From: Podarcis melisellensis | Taxonomy: Eukaryota | Assembly (NCBI GenBank): GCA_964234715.1 | Contig: OZ174290.1 | DNA: 64,000 bases | Direction: 5' to 3' (one strand) | In this document: positions 38,640-52,230 of the stretch, piece by piece | Layout of the letters: each line of letters begins with the position of its first letter | Numbering within the stretch: position 1 is the first letter of the stretch | Translations under genes and position numbers: made by a program | The notes under the pieces: generated by a model | The model's database searches: none | The model's input: the letters and a program-made list of their open reading frames with translations, nothing else | Told to the model about the DNA's origin: nothing

Positions 38640-40482
38640 CCCTGGGATATATTTGTCTGCCGTGGGGTTTAAGAATATAGGAATAGTCTTGCTGGTCAGA
38701 CCAAGGTCCATCCTCTCTTCTTCAGCTTTCCATTTCTGTCAGCTGAAATCCTGTGCAGGATTTATTTTGATATTCGCTTTGGGTTTAGTTGGCGTTTGAA
38801 CTACTGAAAATCAAAAATCATTGCACAGTTTAAATTCCAAGTACTTTAAAGGTTTACAAATTGAGATAAGGGGAAGTAGATTATGGATTCCACACTATTT
38901 GATGTTTTGAAAATGCACTGTAATGTTGAAGCACCAGAAGGGATTAAGGCTACAATCGCCTGTGCAGGCAGAGATAGGACACATGAGGTAATACAATCCA
39001 GATGTCTGCCAGGTTACATATGCACAATTCACCTTACAAATGCTGGGAGCGTGTGGCATATCAGTTTTAAAAGTACCACACTACACACTAAGAGGAAGAA
39101 GCAATGATGTCCCAAAGAGTTGGGTTGGGTTTTCTGTGGAAGTAAGAATTGACTTTCAATCCATTCAATCAGCCTTCACCAACCTGGTGCCCTCCAGATG
39201 TTTTGGACTATGAGTTGTGGTCCAAATGATCCAGAGAGCACCATACTGGTAAATTTTGGGCTTGACAAATCGGCATTCTTATTAGCAGTATTCCTTGAAA
39301 ATGTATTTCTTCTATTATCTGGGACATCTATGGAAATTATGGCATCAGGCAAAATAAAAGGAGCTGTTTTCTTTAGATTCTTCTCATTTGCTATAACTGT
39401 CAATCTATTTGCAATGTGAAATCCAATACTGAATGTTTTTCTGAGTCTTACTATGTAAGAGGCAAACGATAATATAACATTATAGGACAGACCATGTAGA
39501 TTTCTAGATAAATAATGGTTTCACCAACTTTACCCTAAAATAAGTTGAATTTGACAACTGAATTGAATGCACTTTGTAACATCCAAAGCTACTGTCTACC
39601 AGATCTCTAACTTCAGTATAACCTAAATGAGATGTATGATAATCATTGGAATGGTCATTGAAGCATTGCGGAACATCTATGAATATTCCAAATTGTCAGT
39701 TCAAAAGAAAACTACCAACACAATATTTACATTTTAATCCTAAAATCAGAAGTGCATGGAAAGCAGGTCCTTGAAAAATATGTCACACTTTGGCCAGCTC
39801 AAAGGACAATTATTCTCTACTGCTGCCAGGATTGGAGGTTCTAGCATAACGTAATCTCCATAGTACCTACTATTCCATCAATAGGCTTCCTATAGTGGCC
39901 AAAAAGATGCCTCTGGAAAGCATATGAACAGAGCATGAAGGCAGCAGCCCCTTCCTAGCTATTGCTTACCCCCCACATTAAAATCTATTCAGAATTCACA
40001 GCAAAATGCCAAACTAGAGGAACTTTTAGTCCAATCCAGCATGACTTCTTTTTCTGATGCTTTTTGAAAATAAACATGGCTTGCTTTGGCTTTTGCCTTT
40101 CAAGGATTGGAATTCAAGCATATTTATTTTCAAAATGGAGGTAAACTGGTCTCCAAGTACGGCAGTAACTAAAAATCAGCATATATAGTGCAAAGCAATT
40201 TGACCAACATTTAATGGAATTCCAGACCATAATTCTTTAAATGTCAAGGGTATAATGATAACACACATGCTTTGCTTCAAACATCTAGAGTTCAATCCCT
40301 GTTGTCTTCAGGCAGGGCTGGAAATGTCTCATGTCTGAAATACTAAAGGTCCACTGCAGTGAGGGCCACATTACTCAAGTAGAAAGCTGTCGGGGACTAC
40401 ATTCCAGTGGGCAGAGTCAGACCCACATCATGCTACTTCTTATGGAAACAGAGGCATATATCTAATTCTTAGTATAATTTTT

Positions 40483-40839
40483 AAGGTAAAGGTAAAGAGA
40501 CCCCTGACCATTAGGTCCAGTCGTGGCCAACACTGGGGTTACGGCGCTCATCTCGCTTTATTGGCTGAGGGAGCCGGCGTACAGCTTCTGGATCATGTGG
40601 CCAGCATGACTAAGCCGCTTCTGGCGAACCAAAGCAGTGCACAGAAACACCATTTACCTTCCCGCCAGAGCGGTACCTATTTATCTACTTGCACTTTTGA
40701 GGTGCTTTCGAACTGCTAGGTTGGCTGGAGCTGGGACCGAGCAACGGGAGCTCACCCCGTCGCAGGGATTCGAACTGCCGACCTTCTGATCGGCAAGTCC
40801 TAGGCTCTGTGGTTTAACCCACAGCGCCACCCGCGTACC
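40483..40839 (-). mobile_element. Full-length Sauria (POM/Squam1) SINE
   Basis: Reverse complement of the 36336 copy, including the AAGGTAAAGGTAAAG tail; no clear TSD seen. Confidence 0.95.
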
Positions 40840-42676
40840 TTCGATTTTATCCATACATTTTTTTACAAAATTGTAAAAAGAAGTTCTTCACCTCTTTTTA
40901 TGTGTTCTGACTCCAAAATAGCAAATAAAGAACTCAGTAATCCCAGAAGATTGCAAATAAGGTCAATGTACAGATAAACTGTGTAAGCCCTGCCTTACCA
41001 CTATTCAAAGCCTCAAACTTCAACATGCAATTGCATCCTGAAAAATGCATACATACAATTGCAAAATGCATGGACACTTTCTGAATATTTGCAAAGAATG
41101 CAAGTCCACCTCTTTGCTGGGACATTTTACATTCTGCTTTGATTGTCTTAGAGCAGATCCCTGTGCACAGAAAGGTGCTGTAATTGCAAACTTTGCGCTA
41201 CATCAAAGCACTTGTTCCTCTCAACTGCTTCCTGCTGAACAACCAAGGAGTGGAAGGGGACCCCAAGAATCAATGTCCCAGAGCTGTTTCCCCACCCTGC
41301 TGTAGCTAATACTAAGCTAGATGCGCGAATGGTATGAATCAGTGAAAAGCGGCTTTCTGTGCTAATAAGGTTGCATTTCATGGTTTCTTGGTTTAGGAGT
41401 TGAATTTTTAAAACCACAAAATAACAAGGAGAAGGCAGCATCACAAGAACCAAATCGCCAGCACCTTAACCATGTTAATGATAATAAATGTCAAAAAAAG
41501 AGAATAACCTTTTCACTGGAGATTCATTCTGTGAAAAGAGATTAAGGAATTCAATGTCCTGATTTACAGCTTGGCTAACAAGGGGGAATCAATACTGCAT
41601 CAAATTCGGACCAAAATAAGACTTGATTTGCTATTATTCCGACAAGGACACACAATACACTGAAGGGGAGCAGGTCTAGCTGCCAGATGACAAAACTTCA
41701 TTTCATCTTGCAAGCTGAGACACCAACACACACCCGCAAAAAAAAAACACCTCTAGGGAAAGACAGTAAGGTAAAGAAAAGCAGCTAGGATCTAGGGAGC
41801 TATCCATTCCCAAAGGCTTCCCATCTGCTGCCCCAAATAGCCCCTGATCCTAAAGAAAGCCACCCACACATATATACGTTATTACCACAACCTTAGCTGA
41901 GACACAGACAGATGCCTTCTCTCTCACAGTGTTAAGTAAAATGCATAAGTACAGTAATAGTCTCTGCCCTACTATCCAACTCAGCCACCTTTTCCTAGGC
42001 TGTGACATGGGTGCTCTGCCCCATCACTGTGAGCTCTTTGCCATAAAAAGCCTTCTCAGGTAGCAATCATTTATGGAAGGGAATCAGTGTAGTTCACTTT
42101 GGGGCAGAAAGAGTTAAGAGCTTGTCTGAGAGCTGGACCAGTGAGAAGGTATGATGCTCAGCTGGAAATATATCCTTTGTTAAAAATCTTTTGCTAAAAT
42201 TAAGGGGCAACCAGCAAAAAAGGCCCCAATTATGCAATATGTGGGCCAGGTCTCTACAAGTAGCAGAATGAGCTTATAGAGTAGAATGCACGATCTGGTC
42301 ATTCTTGTTGGTGAAAAGTAAAAACTGCCTCCAAGTGACCAGGAACAAATTTTTGCTTTTGTTTTTGGCAGATATGCTGAGAAAGTCCATTGAGACTCTC
42401 CTAACCCCCCTTTGTCTAGTTTCTAGTGCTGCAATATTTCACTGATTAATCAGAATAGTTAATTAAGAGTGAACCCTCTTGGAAGAGGCATTCCCCTCCC
42501 TTCTCTCGCATAAGGAAAGCCTCCTCTAAAATGGCACCTGTTGGAGCATCATCTAAAGATAAAAGGTGTATGCTCTTTACTATTTATTATTAACTGATAA
42601 ACCTCATATGATTAATTGACTTAAGTTTCTTTCACTAGGCAACAGGTTCTCTTTAAACAGGTCACCTTGACACCAA

Positions 42677-42960
42677 GGGCTTATTCACATTTACCTTCTG
42701 CCTCACTTTCCAGACACAGGTCCACACTTTAAAGCTCCGAGCCTGAGCGCTCTTCTTTCACCCCAGAGCTTTCCCCATGAAAACTTGCTCTTTAAAGCCA
42801 AAATGCAACAAACAGCAATTCAGGTTTCCTGTGGATTGCCATTAGCTCCAAATCAGCAGTAAAGAGCAGGTTGTTGCAGGGAGGGAAAGCTTTAAAAAAA
42901 AAAAATAGTGATCGGACTGTGCCTGGAAAGCATGTTGGAAAGTTAAGTGTGGATAAGCCC
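42677..42960. mobile_element. PIF/Harbinger-type palindromic MITE
   Basis: TIRs GGGCTTATTCACATTTA / TAAGTGTGGATAAGCCC; 3-bp flanking duplication CAA/CAA. Confidence 0.75.
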
Positions 42961-44605
42961 CAAGCTACACCAAAAAGAAATGTGTTTCACAAAACTTAAA
43001 TGCAAGTATCAAAAAGAAAGCCCAGAGGGGAGGGAGGGGAGGAACAAGCCAGCAACTAGCTTCTGCCAACAGAGGAGGGGGAGAGAGAGAATATTTTTCT
43101 TTGACATTTCCATTCCCAGAAATAGATGGATTTAAAAGAAAGAAAGTTAATTGAGTGCTATAAATAATGCAAGAGTTTTCAAAACTGCTAATGAATGTGT
43201 TAAAGATTTCTAGCAATGATACTTTGTACTGAAATGTGTGTTACGTTATCCCAATGAGTTCCTTACCTGCAGAAATGATTATCTGAAATTTGTGCAAACT
43301 GGAAAATCCAAATGTTGTTTCTCTCCCACCAGGTGGAGACAAATAATACAGCATACAAAGTCTTCCATGTAGCAAAAGCTTCATTCCCAAGAGTCAGAAC
43401 GACAAGCAATGCAGCTTGCAGGCAGTGCCTTTCCTCATTAAAGCCAACAGCAAACTCCCATATGCAGACAAGCAACGTATCTTGCTCAGAGCATCACCTC
43501 AAAACTAACATTGCCAGCCAAAAGCAAAGAATTAAACTGATTGTCCCTGGGCAGACCTTTATTTAAAGAACGGCTGTTTCAGAATGGCAGATGAGGCAGA
43601 GCTGGTGAGAACAATGCTAGCTGGCCAACTCCCTCTTGCCTTCTGCTATCATATCTTTTCATCTGAAGCTTTTAGAGAACCAGAGTTCTGGCAAAAACAA
43701 TTCTGCGCTCCTCACTCCCCCCCCCCATTCAATATTTGCCTGATTGCAGGGGAAGGGAGAAATGCACCCATAGTGGGAAAAATAGTAAAAACAGCCTAAG
43801 ATAGCTCAGCCATCTATAAAATCAAACAATATTGACTCTGTCTGAGAACAGCCTCTGATCTGTGTTCTTTCTTGCTCTACAAGACAAGAAGATACTTTAA
43901 CATCACTCGGCATGCTGAGGATTGATCCTGGGACATTTGGCATGCCGAGCTTGTACTCGTATGACTAACCTCTGGTCACTCTTCCCAAATATGAGAGAAC
44001 ATTTGCGTGAGATAAACCCACTTTGCCAGAGGGGCTAGTGGTCAGCTTGAGATTCAAAATGGAGTTGGCCTATTTGAGCAAGCTCCTTCCTTCCAACGTT
44101 CACTCCATATCTACTTTGAAATTGGAGCTTTTATAATCCAGACCCTACGTGACACAGAGCTGTGTAGCTCTGGCAGGGTGCGGGGTGGGAATATTTATTT
44201 ATTTAGTTAGTTAGTTAGTTAGTTATGTTACACCTATCCAACTTTGCATTTCACAGCATGTTAGCCCCACCCCCACAACAACAAAAATCACAGAATCCCA
44301 CCCAAAAAGCCCAATGTGAATCAATAAAATCCTAATAATACGCAACACTTAAACCAGCTATGGAACAGCAGCTAAGCTATTTTCACCAGCACAAAGCCCA
44401 CAGAAGCAACTGTAACACAAGATACAAAAAGAAATCCAGAAATGGTTGAGAGAAGGGAAGAGAGTATTCACTTGGCAGCTAAAAGGCATCCATGTAGGTG
44501 CCAGGAAAACCTGTCTGGGGAAGAGTGATCCCAGTCATGAAGAGGAGACTGGATTTAATCTGAAGAGCAGCAGCAGGGGCAGCTAACTGGGATGAGGAAG
44601 AAGTA

Positions 44606-44808
44606 CAGTGGAATCTCGGTTGTCGAACGTAATCCGGAAGACTGTTCAACTTCTGAAATGTTCGACAACCGAGGTGCAATTGACAGTCGGCAAAATCCAT
44701 TTGACTTCCGAGGCGCATTCAAAAATGAAAGCATTCACTTCCAGGTTATCGGCGTTTGAAAGCCAAAACATTCGACTTCCGAAGCATTTGACAACTGACG
44801 TTCCACTG
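44606..44808. mobile_element. Second Tc1/pogo-type MITE family
   Basis: TIRs CAGTGGAATCTCGGTTGTCGAACG / CATTTGACAACTGACGTTCCACTG, TA TSD, internal TTCGACAAC-type subterminal repeats. Confidence 0.85.
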
Positions 44809-45935
44809 TATAGCCGTTCCACTGTATAGCAGGGGTTAGTGAAAAAAGGTACCTATGGCAGAGAAAGTGATACATTTCAAGACATTTAAACCTGGACACA
44901 GCAAGAAGAACAAATAATAAATTTATGGATTTTTAGATGTCAGTTCACATTCATCTCGTCTCTTTGATTAGGAGGTCTGGGAAGGCAATTAAGCCAGTTT
45001 ACGTAGATTTATGTTGCTTCAAAAGACACACAATTATTTTCATTTCAAACAGTGCACAATAGCCATGGATTCCCTGCTTACAGAATGCACTGTAGCGCTG
45101 CATCTCATTTGCAGTGGTTTCTGGAAAGAGATTGAAGAGTGGCTTTTGGAATGCTGGCTCTTCATCCAAAAAAGCTGTCCTACAAACATATTCACTTAAA
45201 CACAGATGTCTGGGTGCACATGAACACACACACACACACAATACCCCATAACATCTCAAGAATACCTTTACTAAATCAAGAGTACCTCAAGTGAGCCAGC
45301 ATTTATGCCAGCCACTGAGGACTCTAAGTCCTCATTGGGCTATTCCCCCAAAAATATTTTTTGTACTTCTGCAAACCTCTGACATTCCTAATAAACCCCC
45401 ATTTTGCTACGTAAAGTTCTACACGAGCAAAATGGCTTCACTATTACTATATAAGGTGATTCCATGTTTTCCTAAAGCAAATGTAGCCTGCCTTGAATGC
45501 ATTCTCTGGCCACAATCCAAGAGTTTTAAAACACGCTTAAGCCTACTAAAATCAGTGCGCTGGGTTTAAACCCACTGTTTGTTGTTTTACATACACAAAC
45601 ACTCACACACACATATACACAATGTGCATAAAGAATTAACAACTCTATGCAACAGAATGATAGATTACTGTTCTGTTTTCCCCCTTATTTATTTTTCTTA
45701 TTTTCTTATTTTTTTTCCCCAATGTATTTTTCTTATTCAATATTCTTACGTCCAATGTATATTGCCTTTCTTATCAGCAGCCAAAATATAATACATATTT
45801 TAACACTAGCTTGTAGGGTACTGAAAATGAATATGTGCATTTGCACACTGACATACAAACAAACATGATGTAGCAAAGCTTCTAACATTTTAAGGTAACA
45901 GCCAGACAGGCCAGATGTTTTATGTTCACAAGTAC

Positions 45936-46336
45936 CTACGGGACCGCCTCTCCTGGTATGCCCCACAGAGGAACCTACGGTCTTCAAATAAAAACACCTT
46001 GAAGGTCCCAAGCCACAGAGAGGTTAGGCTGGCCTCAACTAGAGCCAGGGCTTTTTCGGCTGTGGCTCCAACCTGGTGGAACGCTCTGTCACAAGAGACA
46101 AGGGCCCTCCAGGACTTGACATCTTTCCGCAGGGCCTGCAAGACAGAGCTGTTCCACCTGGCCTTTGGTCAGGGCGCAGCCCGACTCCCTCCTTTGGCAA
46201 TCTTTACAAAACTTTAGTTTATGGTTGCCATCAATTTTAATTCATTTTTATAATGTTTTATAATGTTGTACTGTTTTAATGTTGTTAGCCGCCCTGAGCC
46301 CAGCTTCGGCTGGGGAGGGTGGGATATAAATAAAAC

Positions 46337-46377
<41 letters not shown>
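45936..46377 (+). mobile_element. 5'-truncated L2 LINE with (TAT)n tail
   Basis: Open frame YLRDRLSWYAPQRNLRSS...RAFSAVAPTWWNAL...FRRACKTELF is the L2 ORF2 C-terminus; (TAT)n tail ~46337-46377; possible TSD AAGTAC (45930-45935, 46378-46383). Confidence 0.9.
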
Positions 46378-46379
<2 letters not shown>

Positions 46380-47004
46380 GTACACCAGCATTATTCAAAA
46401 AAGTGAATTTACAAGGAAAAAGAAGAAGAAATAAGACACTTTACCTGATGAAACAGAAAAATCGTACAACGAAATGTCATTGTGGAAACCATCCCAAGAT
46501 ACATTGATTTGTCCACCAAAGATTGCAGCAGGAAAAGGGCAGGGAGGGGAGAAAAAACAGAAATCTGATTAGTCTTTTGTTAACTCTGCCATATCGTTCA
46601 TTTTACTGTCAAAGGTATGGAGCATCATAACAACTGTCAAACCAGCGAATTCAGTGGTATTTACTTACCATTTTACAGAAATGCCCACAGGCACTTCATA
46701 AATAATTTTGGAAAAATACTGCTGCATTGGGTTTTCTTTTTCTTTTTTTAAGGAAATGTAACAGTGTGCCATATGCTTCCTAATTTTGTATTCATTTACA
46801 ACAGCGAACAACAACAAGCTACCATAATAAGCATCTGCATGGCACAGAAACAAGGAAAGTAAGATGTAATAAACTTGAAAGGAAGGAAAGATTGAGAAGC
46901 TCTGCAGAACCTTCAAAAAGAAATTTAACATTTAAATCCATCCCAATTTTGATGCCTCAGATTCGTTCTGGACTTCTTACAATGATCAGGGACATATCCA
47001 AGAC

Positions 47005-47415
47005 AGAACATAAGAAGCTGCCTTATGTAAAGGTAAAGGGACCCCTGACCATTAAGTCCAGTCATGACCGGCTCTGGGGTTGTGGTGCTCATCTCGCTTT
47101 ATTGGCCGAGGGAGCCAGCGTACAGCTTCCAGGTCATGTGGCCAGCATGACTAAGCCGCTTCTGGTGAACCAGAGCAGCACACGGAAACACTTTTTACCT
47201 TCCCGCCGGAGCGGTACCTATTGATCTGCTTGCACTTTGACGTGCTTTTGAACTCCTTATACTGAACTAAATGGTCCATCTAGCTCAGTATTGACTACAT
47301 GGAGTGGCCACAGCTCTCCAGGGTTTCAGGCAGGAGTCATCTGCAGCCCTATCTAGAGATGCCAGGAGATGGAACCAGGGGTGCATGGCAGATGCTCCAC
47401 CACAGAGCCAAAACC
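47005..47415 (-). mobile_element. Squam3-like SINE (host of the nested Sauria SINE)
   Basis: AAGCTGCCTTAT|ACTGA...TGGTCCATCTAGCTCAGTATTG...CTCTCCAGGGTTTCAGGC...GCAGATGCTCCACCACAGAGC. Confidence 0.75.
47027..47254 (-). mobile_element. 5'-truncated Sauria SINE nested in a Squam3-like SINE
   Basis: Sauria 3' portion; 6-bp TSD CCTTAT (47021-47026, 47255-47260); host SINE continues on both sides. Confidence 0.9.
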
Positions 47416-50400
47416 CTTCCTCAGGTGAAGGTCAAGGCTCCCCATAATTCTTTATTCTGAAACTAACAGAATAACATTACATAAGGCACCTCTCCTCTCC
47501 ATAACACAAGGAACAAAGACAATTAATGGGTTTATCAGCTTCGCTGTCATATCCCTTACACCAGGGTTCCCATGCCATTCCAAGGACTCAGATTAGGTAG
47601 ACTCACAGATCACCTCACTCAGTGCGGTGGGAGTCTTTAGTACCCTGTTCTTTACCATTACAGCTGAGGACATCGCCCTCTGATCAGCCAGACTTGGGGG
47701 ATTATTCCCCTGTATGTATTCCTGCTCAACATGCAACTGTGGGATCATCTAAGGAACCCTTTCAGAACTATGGACAGCAACTGGGAGGGAGGGGAGAACC
47801 TGAAGAGGTCCTGTCAGCCTTCAGAGGACTCTGGTCTTTGAATGAGACAAGATATTCCATAGTTCGACCTGCAGGGCTAAGGTTGATCTATAAGAGGCTC
47901 TGGTAATCACTACCAATTTTCCTGTAAGTACCAGCAGAGCAGGAGACCTGCATGAATTTAGGGATGAATAAACCAGTCAATTTGCTGTCCATGTCACTTT
48001 CTGTTTGTTCACAAATCCATTCCATCCCATTTCCACATTCATCTGTGATTCTAAATATTTTTAATCTGTTCAAAAATTCACACTAACCTAAGTATTTAAA
48101 TTTCTAAACATGTTTTGATAAGTTTTTTTGAGCTGAGAACTTGTGCTGGAACATTCTGAAACTATGAAAATGAATCCACACATAAGCATGGGAGATATAG
48201 GGTCAAGTCAGTTCATAACAGAATTTGTCACGATCAAATTCCTCAAGCATTCCATCATGAGCTAGATATTATTTTGATTTATTTAATACTTTCACAACCT
48301 GCTTTTCCACCCACTTCTACACTTGCAAGGCAGCTAACAGCCATGAAATATAATAAACAATCACATTAAAATAACAAGACACTTAAAGTAATATGACACT
48401 CTAAAACACAGCAGGCTCTTTAGGATTTTGTGTGTGCGTATAATTATTATTTTTTTAAAACCACCCTCACAACTCTATGTTGAAGGCTTAAAAGAACTTT
48501 TCCATGTGTTTTCTGAATCTTAGAATGGTGCCAGCAGTGCAATTCTCAAAAGAAAAAAAAAGCATTTACTAGTGAGGTGCCAATGCCGAAAAGGCTTTGC
48601 CCATGTGCTGAGGCAAGAGGGGCATCTACAGAGCCCTGTGGTGTTCAATACCCAAGGAGGTTTGGTTCATTTAGAACAAGACTTTACCTAAGAAATATGA
48701 TCAAAAGCAACCTAAGACATTCATGGTCAACACCTTGACTAGAGTCTAGAAACAATGTGGCAGCTGGTGCAGCTGTTTCAGTACTCAGTTTGAACCATTT
48801 TGAAATGTGCAAATGGTCTTCAAGAGCAGCCCGTGCAGAATGCACTGAAGGAGCCCAGCCTGGAAATTACTGGAGGCAGGTGGCAAGTTTGCCTCGAGTT
48901 GGGCTACCATTGAAACTTCCCTAACAATTACCAACAATGGCCATTAAAGACTTGTCTATGTAGTTTGCAAGATCAGCGATCACTGCCTCCTGTAATGAAA
49001 CAGGGGGACTCCCCTCATACAATGAGGCTCTCTTTCTCCTTATTCATAAGCAGTTTCTGATGGCAGAGACTGGTTGCAGCCTTCCTTCAAGCACATTATC
49101 AGCTTCCTTGTGGGCTAACCATACAGCAGCAAGCAGGTTGCTTTATTTCTCTGAGCAGTAGGAAGTCCAAGGCAAACTTCTTAGCTTGGATCCTTAGCAG
49201 AAAGGCTTATGCAGCACATCAGGCGCACCTAGTATGGGAACTGAATAATGCCTACAATGAATTTTCAACGGAAATCCAGAGCTTTGGGCTTGGGCAAAAC
49301 ATAAATAAAAAAATACACACTGATGCATCAGCAGAATACAAAGAGAAGCTTGGGTGAAAGTAGTGACACTACTCAAGGAAGGATTCAAAAAGTAATTCAT
49401 TCAGTCCACTTTTTGCAGCAAAACAACCCAACCCACTGCTCCCAAAATTGTTTGTGGACCAGAATGCAACTCCTAGTCAGATCACACACTTCTCTAGATT
49501 TTGTAATCCATGTTTTAGTGCACGAAACTTTCACACAAAAATATTTATTTCATGTAAAAAGCTGCATTAAAAATTTGTGTAATTCATATGAAAACTGTAC
49601 AAAATCTGCAAAATTTAAATGCAGAATTTTCACTTTTTTTCAAAAACTCTGCACAAAATAGGACAGGACAGATATATGTCTGAGCACTGGCAACAACTGA
49701 AACAGCCATTTTTATTTAACCTATGAAGATCAAACAAACTGTGCATTAGAATTTGAACAAATGGAAATTCTTAGTGTTAAAAATTCACTCTGGGGATAGG
49801 AACATGGCATCACACCAAGTAATATTTTTTCCACCTGGCTAAGTATTTCCGGGGGGGGGGGGGTGAGGGAGAGAAGATATAAGCTGGTGTTGATGCAAAG
49901 ATACTGTAAATGGAATAAATGGTCACAATACTTCAACCATATCAGCACATCCAACATGATACACATTTCCACAGGATTAAAGCATTGAACAAAGTTTGCC
50001 ATTCACTGTCAGTTAAATTTTGCCACTTCAAAATAAACATCCTCTGCTACTTGCAATAACGATGCAAAAGAAAATGGGTTATCTTAAGCAGCATTCCATT
50101 TTTAGCTCTTTAAATTGTTTCAGCAACTAATCCACCAGAGGCACTTGTTGGAAGCAGAAGAAAAATTTCCCATGAGAGTTCTCAAAACGCAGCAACCTCT
50201 TTCTAGAATATCACCAGAAGGAGAACCTAAAGTTACTTTGAGTAAGGGCATGGAATGTTCACAGGTGAAATACGCAGCCCAATACTTTTTGAGGCAACTA
50301 TTCCAATTTCTTACCATTAACAGACACATTATTATTAAGCTGCTGTGCAGAGTGGCTGGGGAAACCCAGCCAGATGGTGGAGTATAAATATTGTTACGGT

Positions 50401-51808
50401 TACGGTTATGGTTATTGTTATTGTTACAATGGAAGAAGCACAAGTCACTTGTTTTTAATCATACCATTCCACTACTCTCAATGTGAGCCCTCTCAACACT
50501 ACTTTACTGTTAAAGGGGGGGGGGCTTCAAATTCCACAACTAGGCAATACCCTGACTGGGACCAACCAAAATGTCACAAAAGGGCAACACACTTCTGTGT
50601 TCTCCAGAACTCATCATTACTTATTTGCTTTGTTAGTCCCTTAACACAAGACAGTCTCTAGGAACTGATTGTGGGACACACATAAATGCTGCACAACCAT
50701 GACTGGTGAGGACTTGGCTCCCTTCCACATTTATAATCCATTCAAGACACCCTTTCCATACTTTCTACTACCCCAGCTAACCCTTCCTTTTATGCACATA
50801 ATGCTACCATAACAAATCAAACCACTGCTCCATCTAGGCCAATGTTACCTATTCTACCTACTAGCAGCTCTCCAAATCTGAGAGCATGAAGAAGTCTACT
50901 TGCTGCTACATTTGACCAGGGATGCTGGGATGGAAGGAAAGGGAATAAAGATTTACTAAAGTGCATTTGCTTTGCACTGGACAATGGTAACTCTTATTTC
51001 ATGTTGTATTCGCTGAAGGATCTGACTAATTTTATTTGCACCTTAGCACACTGCTGTTTTACATAACATATAGTAGCAGAAGCAAACATCTATGAAATCA
51101 AACACAGGCTGCTATCATTCCTGTAATTTTCAATCAGAGAGAAAAGAGGATTCTGTTTTGACAATATATGGAATGAGACATACATATTTATTTTTGAAAA
51201 GCAGAAAGTTACTGTCTTATTCCCCAAAGTTCAAGAAACACCAGGCGAATCTTTGATGTAGATTATGATTGCTATTTTTAAAAACTATAGACTGTGGTTT
51301 TTATTAACTGAATACATTAGATTCAATTCCTATAAAAAACAAAACAAAAGCAAACAAACTACTTGGGTACCAGGAGAAACAACAAAGAAAAGTGATAGGG
51401 CATCAGCTCTTCTTTAAAAAAAAAGCAAAAAGCAAGGAGAGCCAGAGCAAGACAGAGAGCTTAAAAGCTCTTTACAAGCTGGGCAACCCAAGCAGACCCA
51501 GCACATAAAGAGATCTGAAGCTTGCTGTATGTATTTTAAATGCACATTTTCTTTGTTGAAATACACCTTTCAAATATTCCTCATTTCTGGATCCCAACTC
51601 TACTTTCCCCCTGTGCAAGTTTATGATCAGTGGTGGTTTCAATTCACTTTCATTAACTACAGAATTGTATGGAAAAAGAGAAATAATTACTTAAGATTTT
51701 TATTCTATCCCAGTGGCATGTATCATGGAACGGTGTTATAAGCAAGGGATATGTACGTACAATGTGCTCTGTGAGTGGAAATTATTGTGTACTATACCAG
51801 TACAGCAC

Positions 51809-52230
51809 ACTTCCGGAGGTGGCGCGAACGGCAATGGCTGCCAGCTCCTGAACGGGAGAGGGTAGCTCCGTTGAAACGGGTCGCCCGCTACGGCGAAGCG
51901 GGGACCCATCCAGAAAAACCACAGGCAGCAGAAGCCTGTGGTCCTGAGACCCGGCGGGCGCCAAAAGCAGCCCCTAAAACGACGAAGGGACCCCGTAAGG
52001 GGCTCCGGACCGCGGAGGGGGTAGCGGCGCTGTGGGTCGTTGCGCGATCAACGGAGCGAAGCCGCGTCGCTGTTGCCGGTGAGCGCTGACCTTTCTTCTT
52101 GAAACTGCTAACTTTGGAAAGCAACAACCCGTGAGTAATTTGGACACTATACTTCTAAAGCCTCTAAAAATTGTGAATTTGGCTGAAAGCGGAGTGACGA
52201 AAAACAGGAAGTCCGTCTTCCGCTGACACT
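51809..52230 (+). promoter_or_regulatory. L1 internal Pol II promoter / CpG island
   Basis: Dense unmutated CpGs against a CpG-poor background; ETS-type ACTTCCGG at +1 and YY1-like ATGGCTGCC at 51834. Confidence 0.75.

Noticed and set aside
46445-46700. Two minus-strand donor-like sites (CAG|GTAAAG, ATG|GTAAGT) and a 120-nt open segment (..GGQINVSWDGFHNDISLYDF..)
   Set aside because: The only available acceptor lacks an upstream pyrimidine tract, the phases of the two segments are incompatible, and no protein was recognised.
164-50525. Numerous G/C homopolymer runs of about 9-13 nt scattered through the window
   Set aside because: Scattered mononucleotide microsatellites with no spacing pattern or associated structure.
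51775-52127. Sense and antisense ORFs in the L1 CpG island (possible ORF0 analogue)
   Set aside because: They start at GTG/TTG rather than ATG; stop-codon scarcity is explained by high GC.
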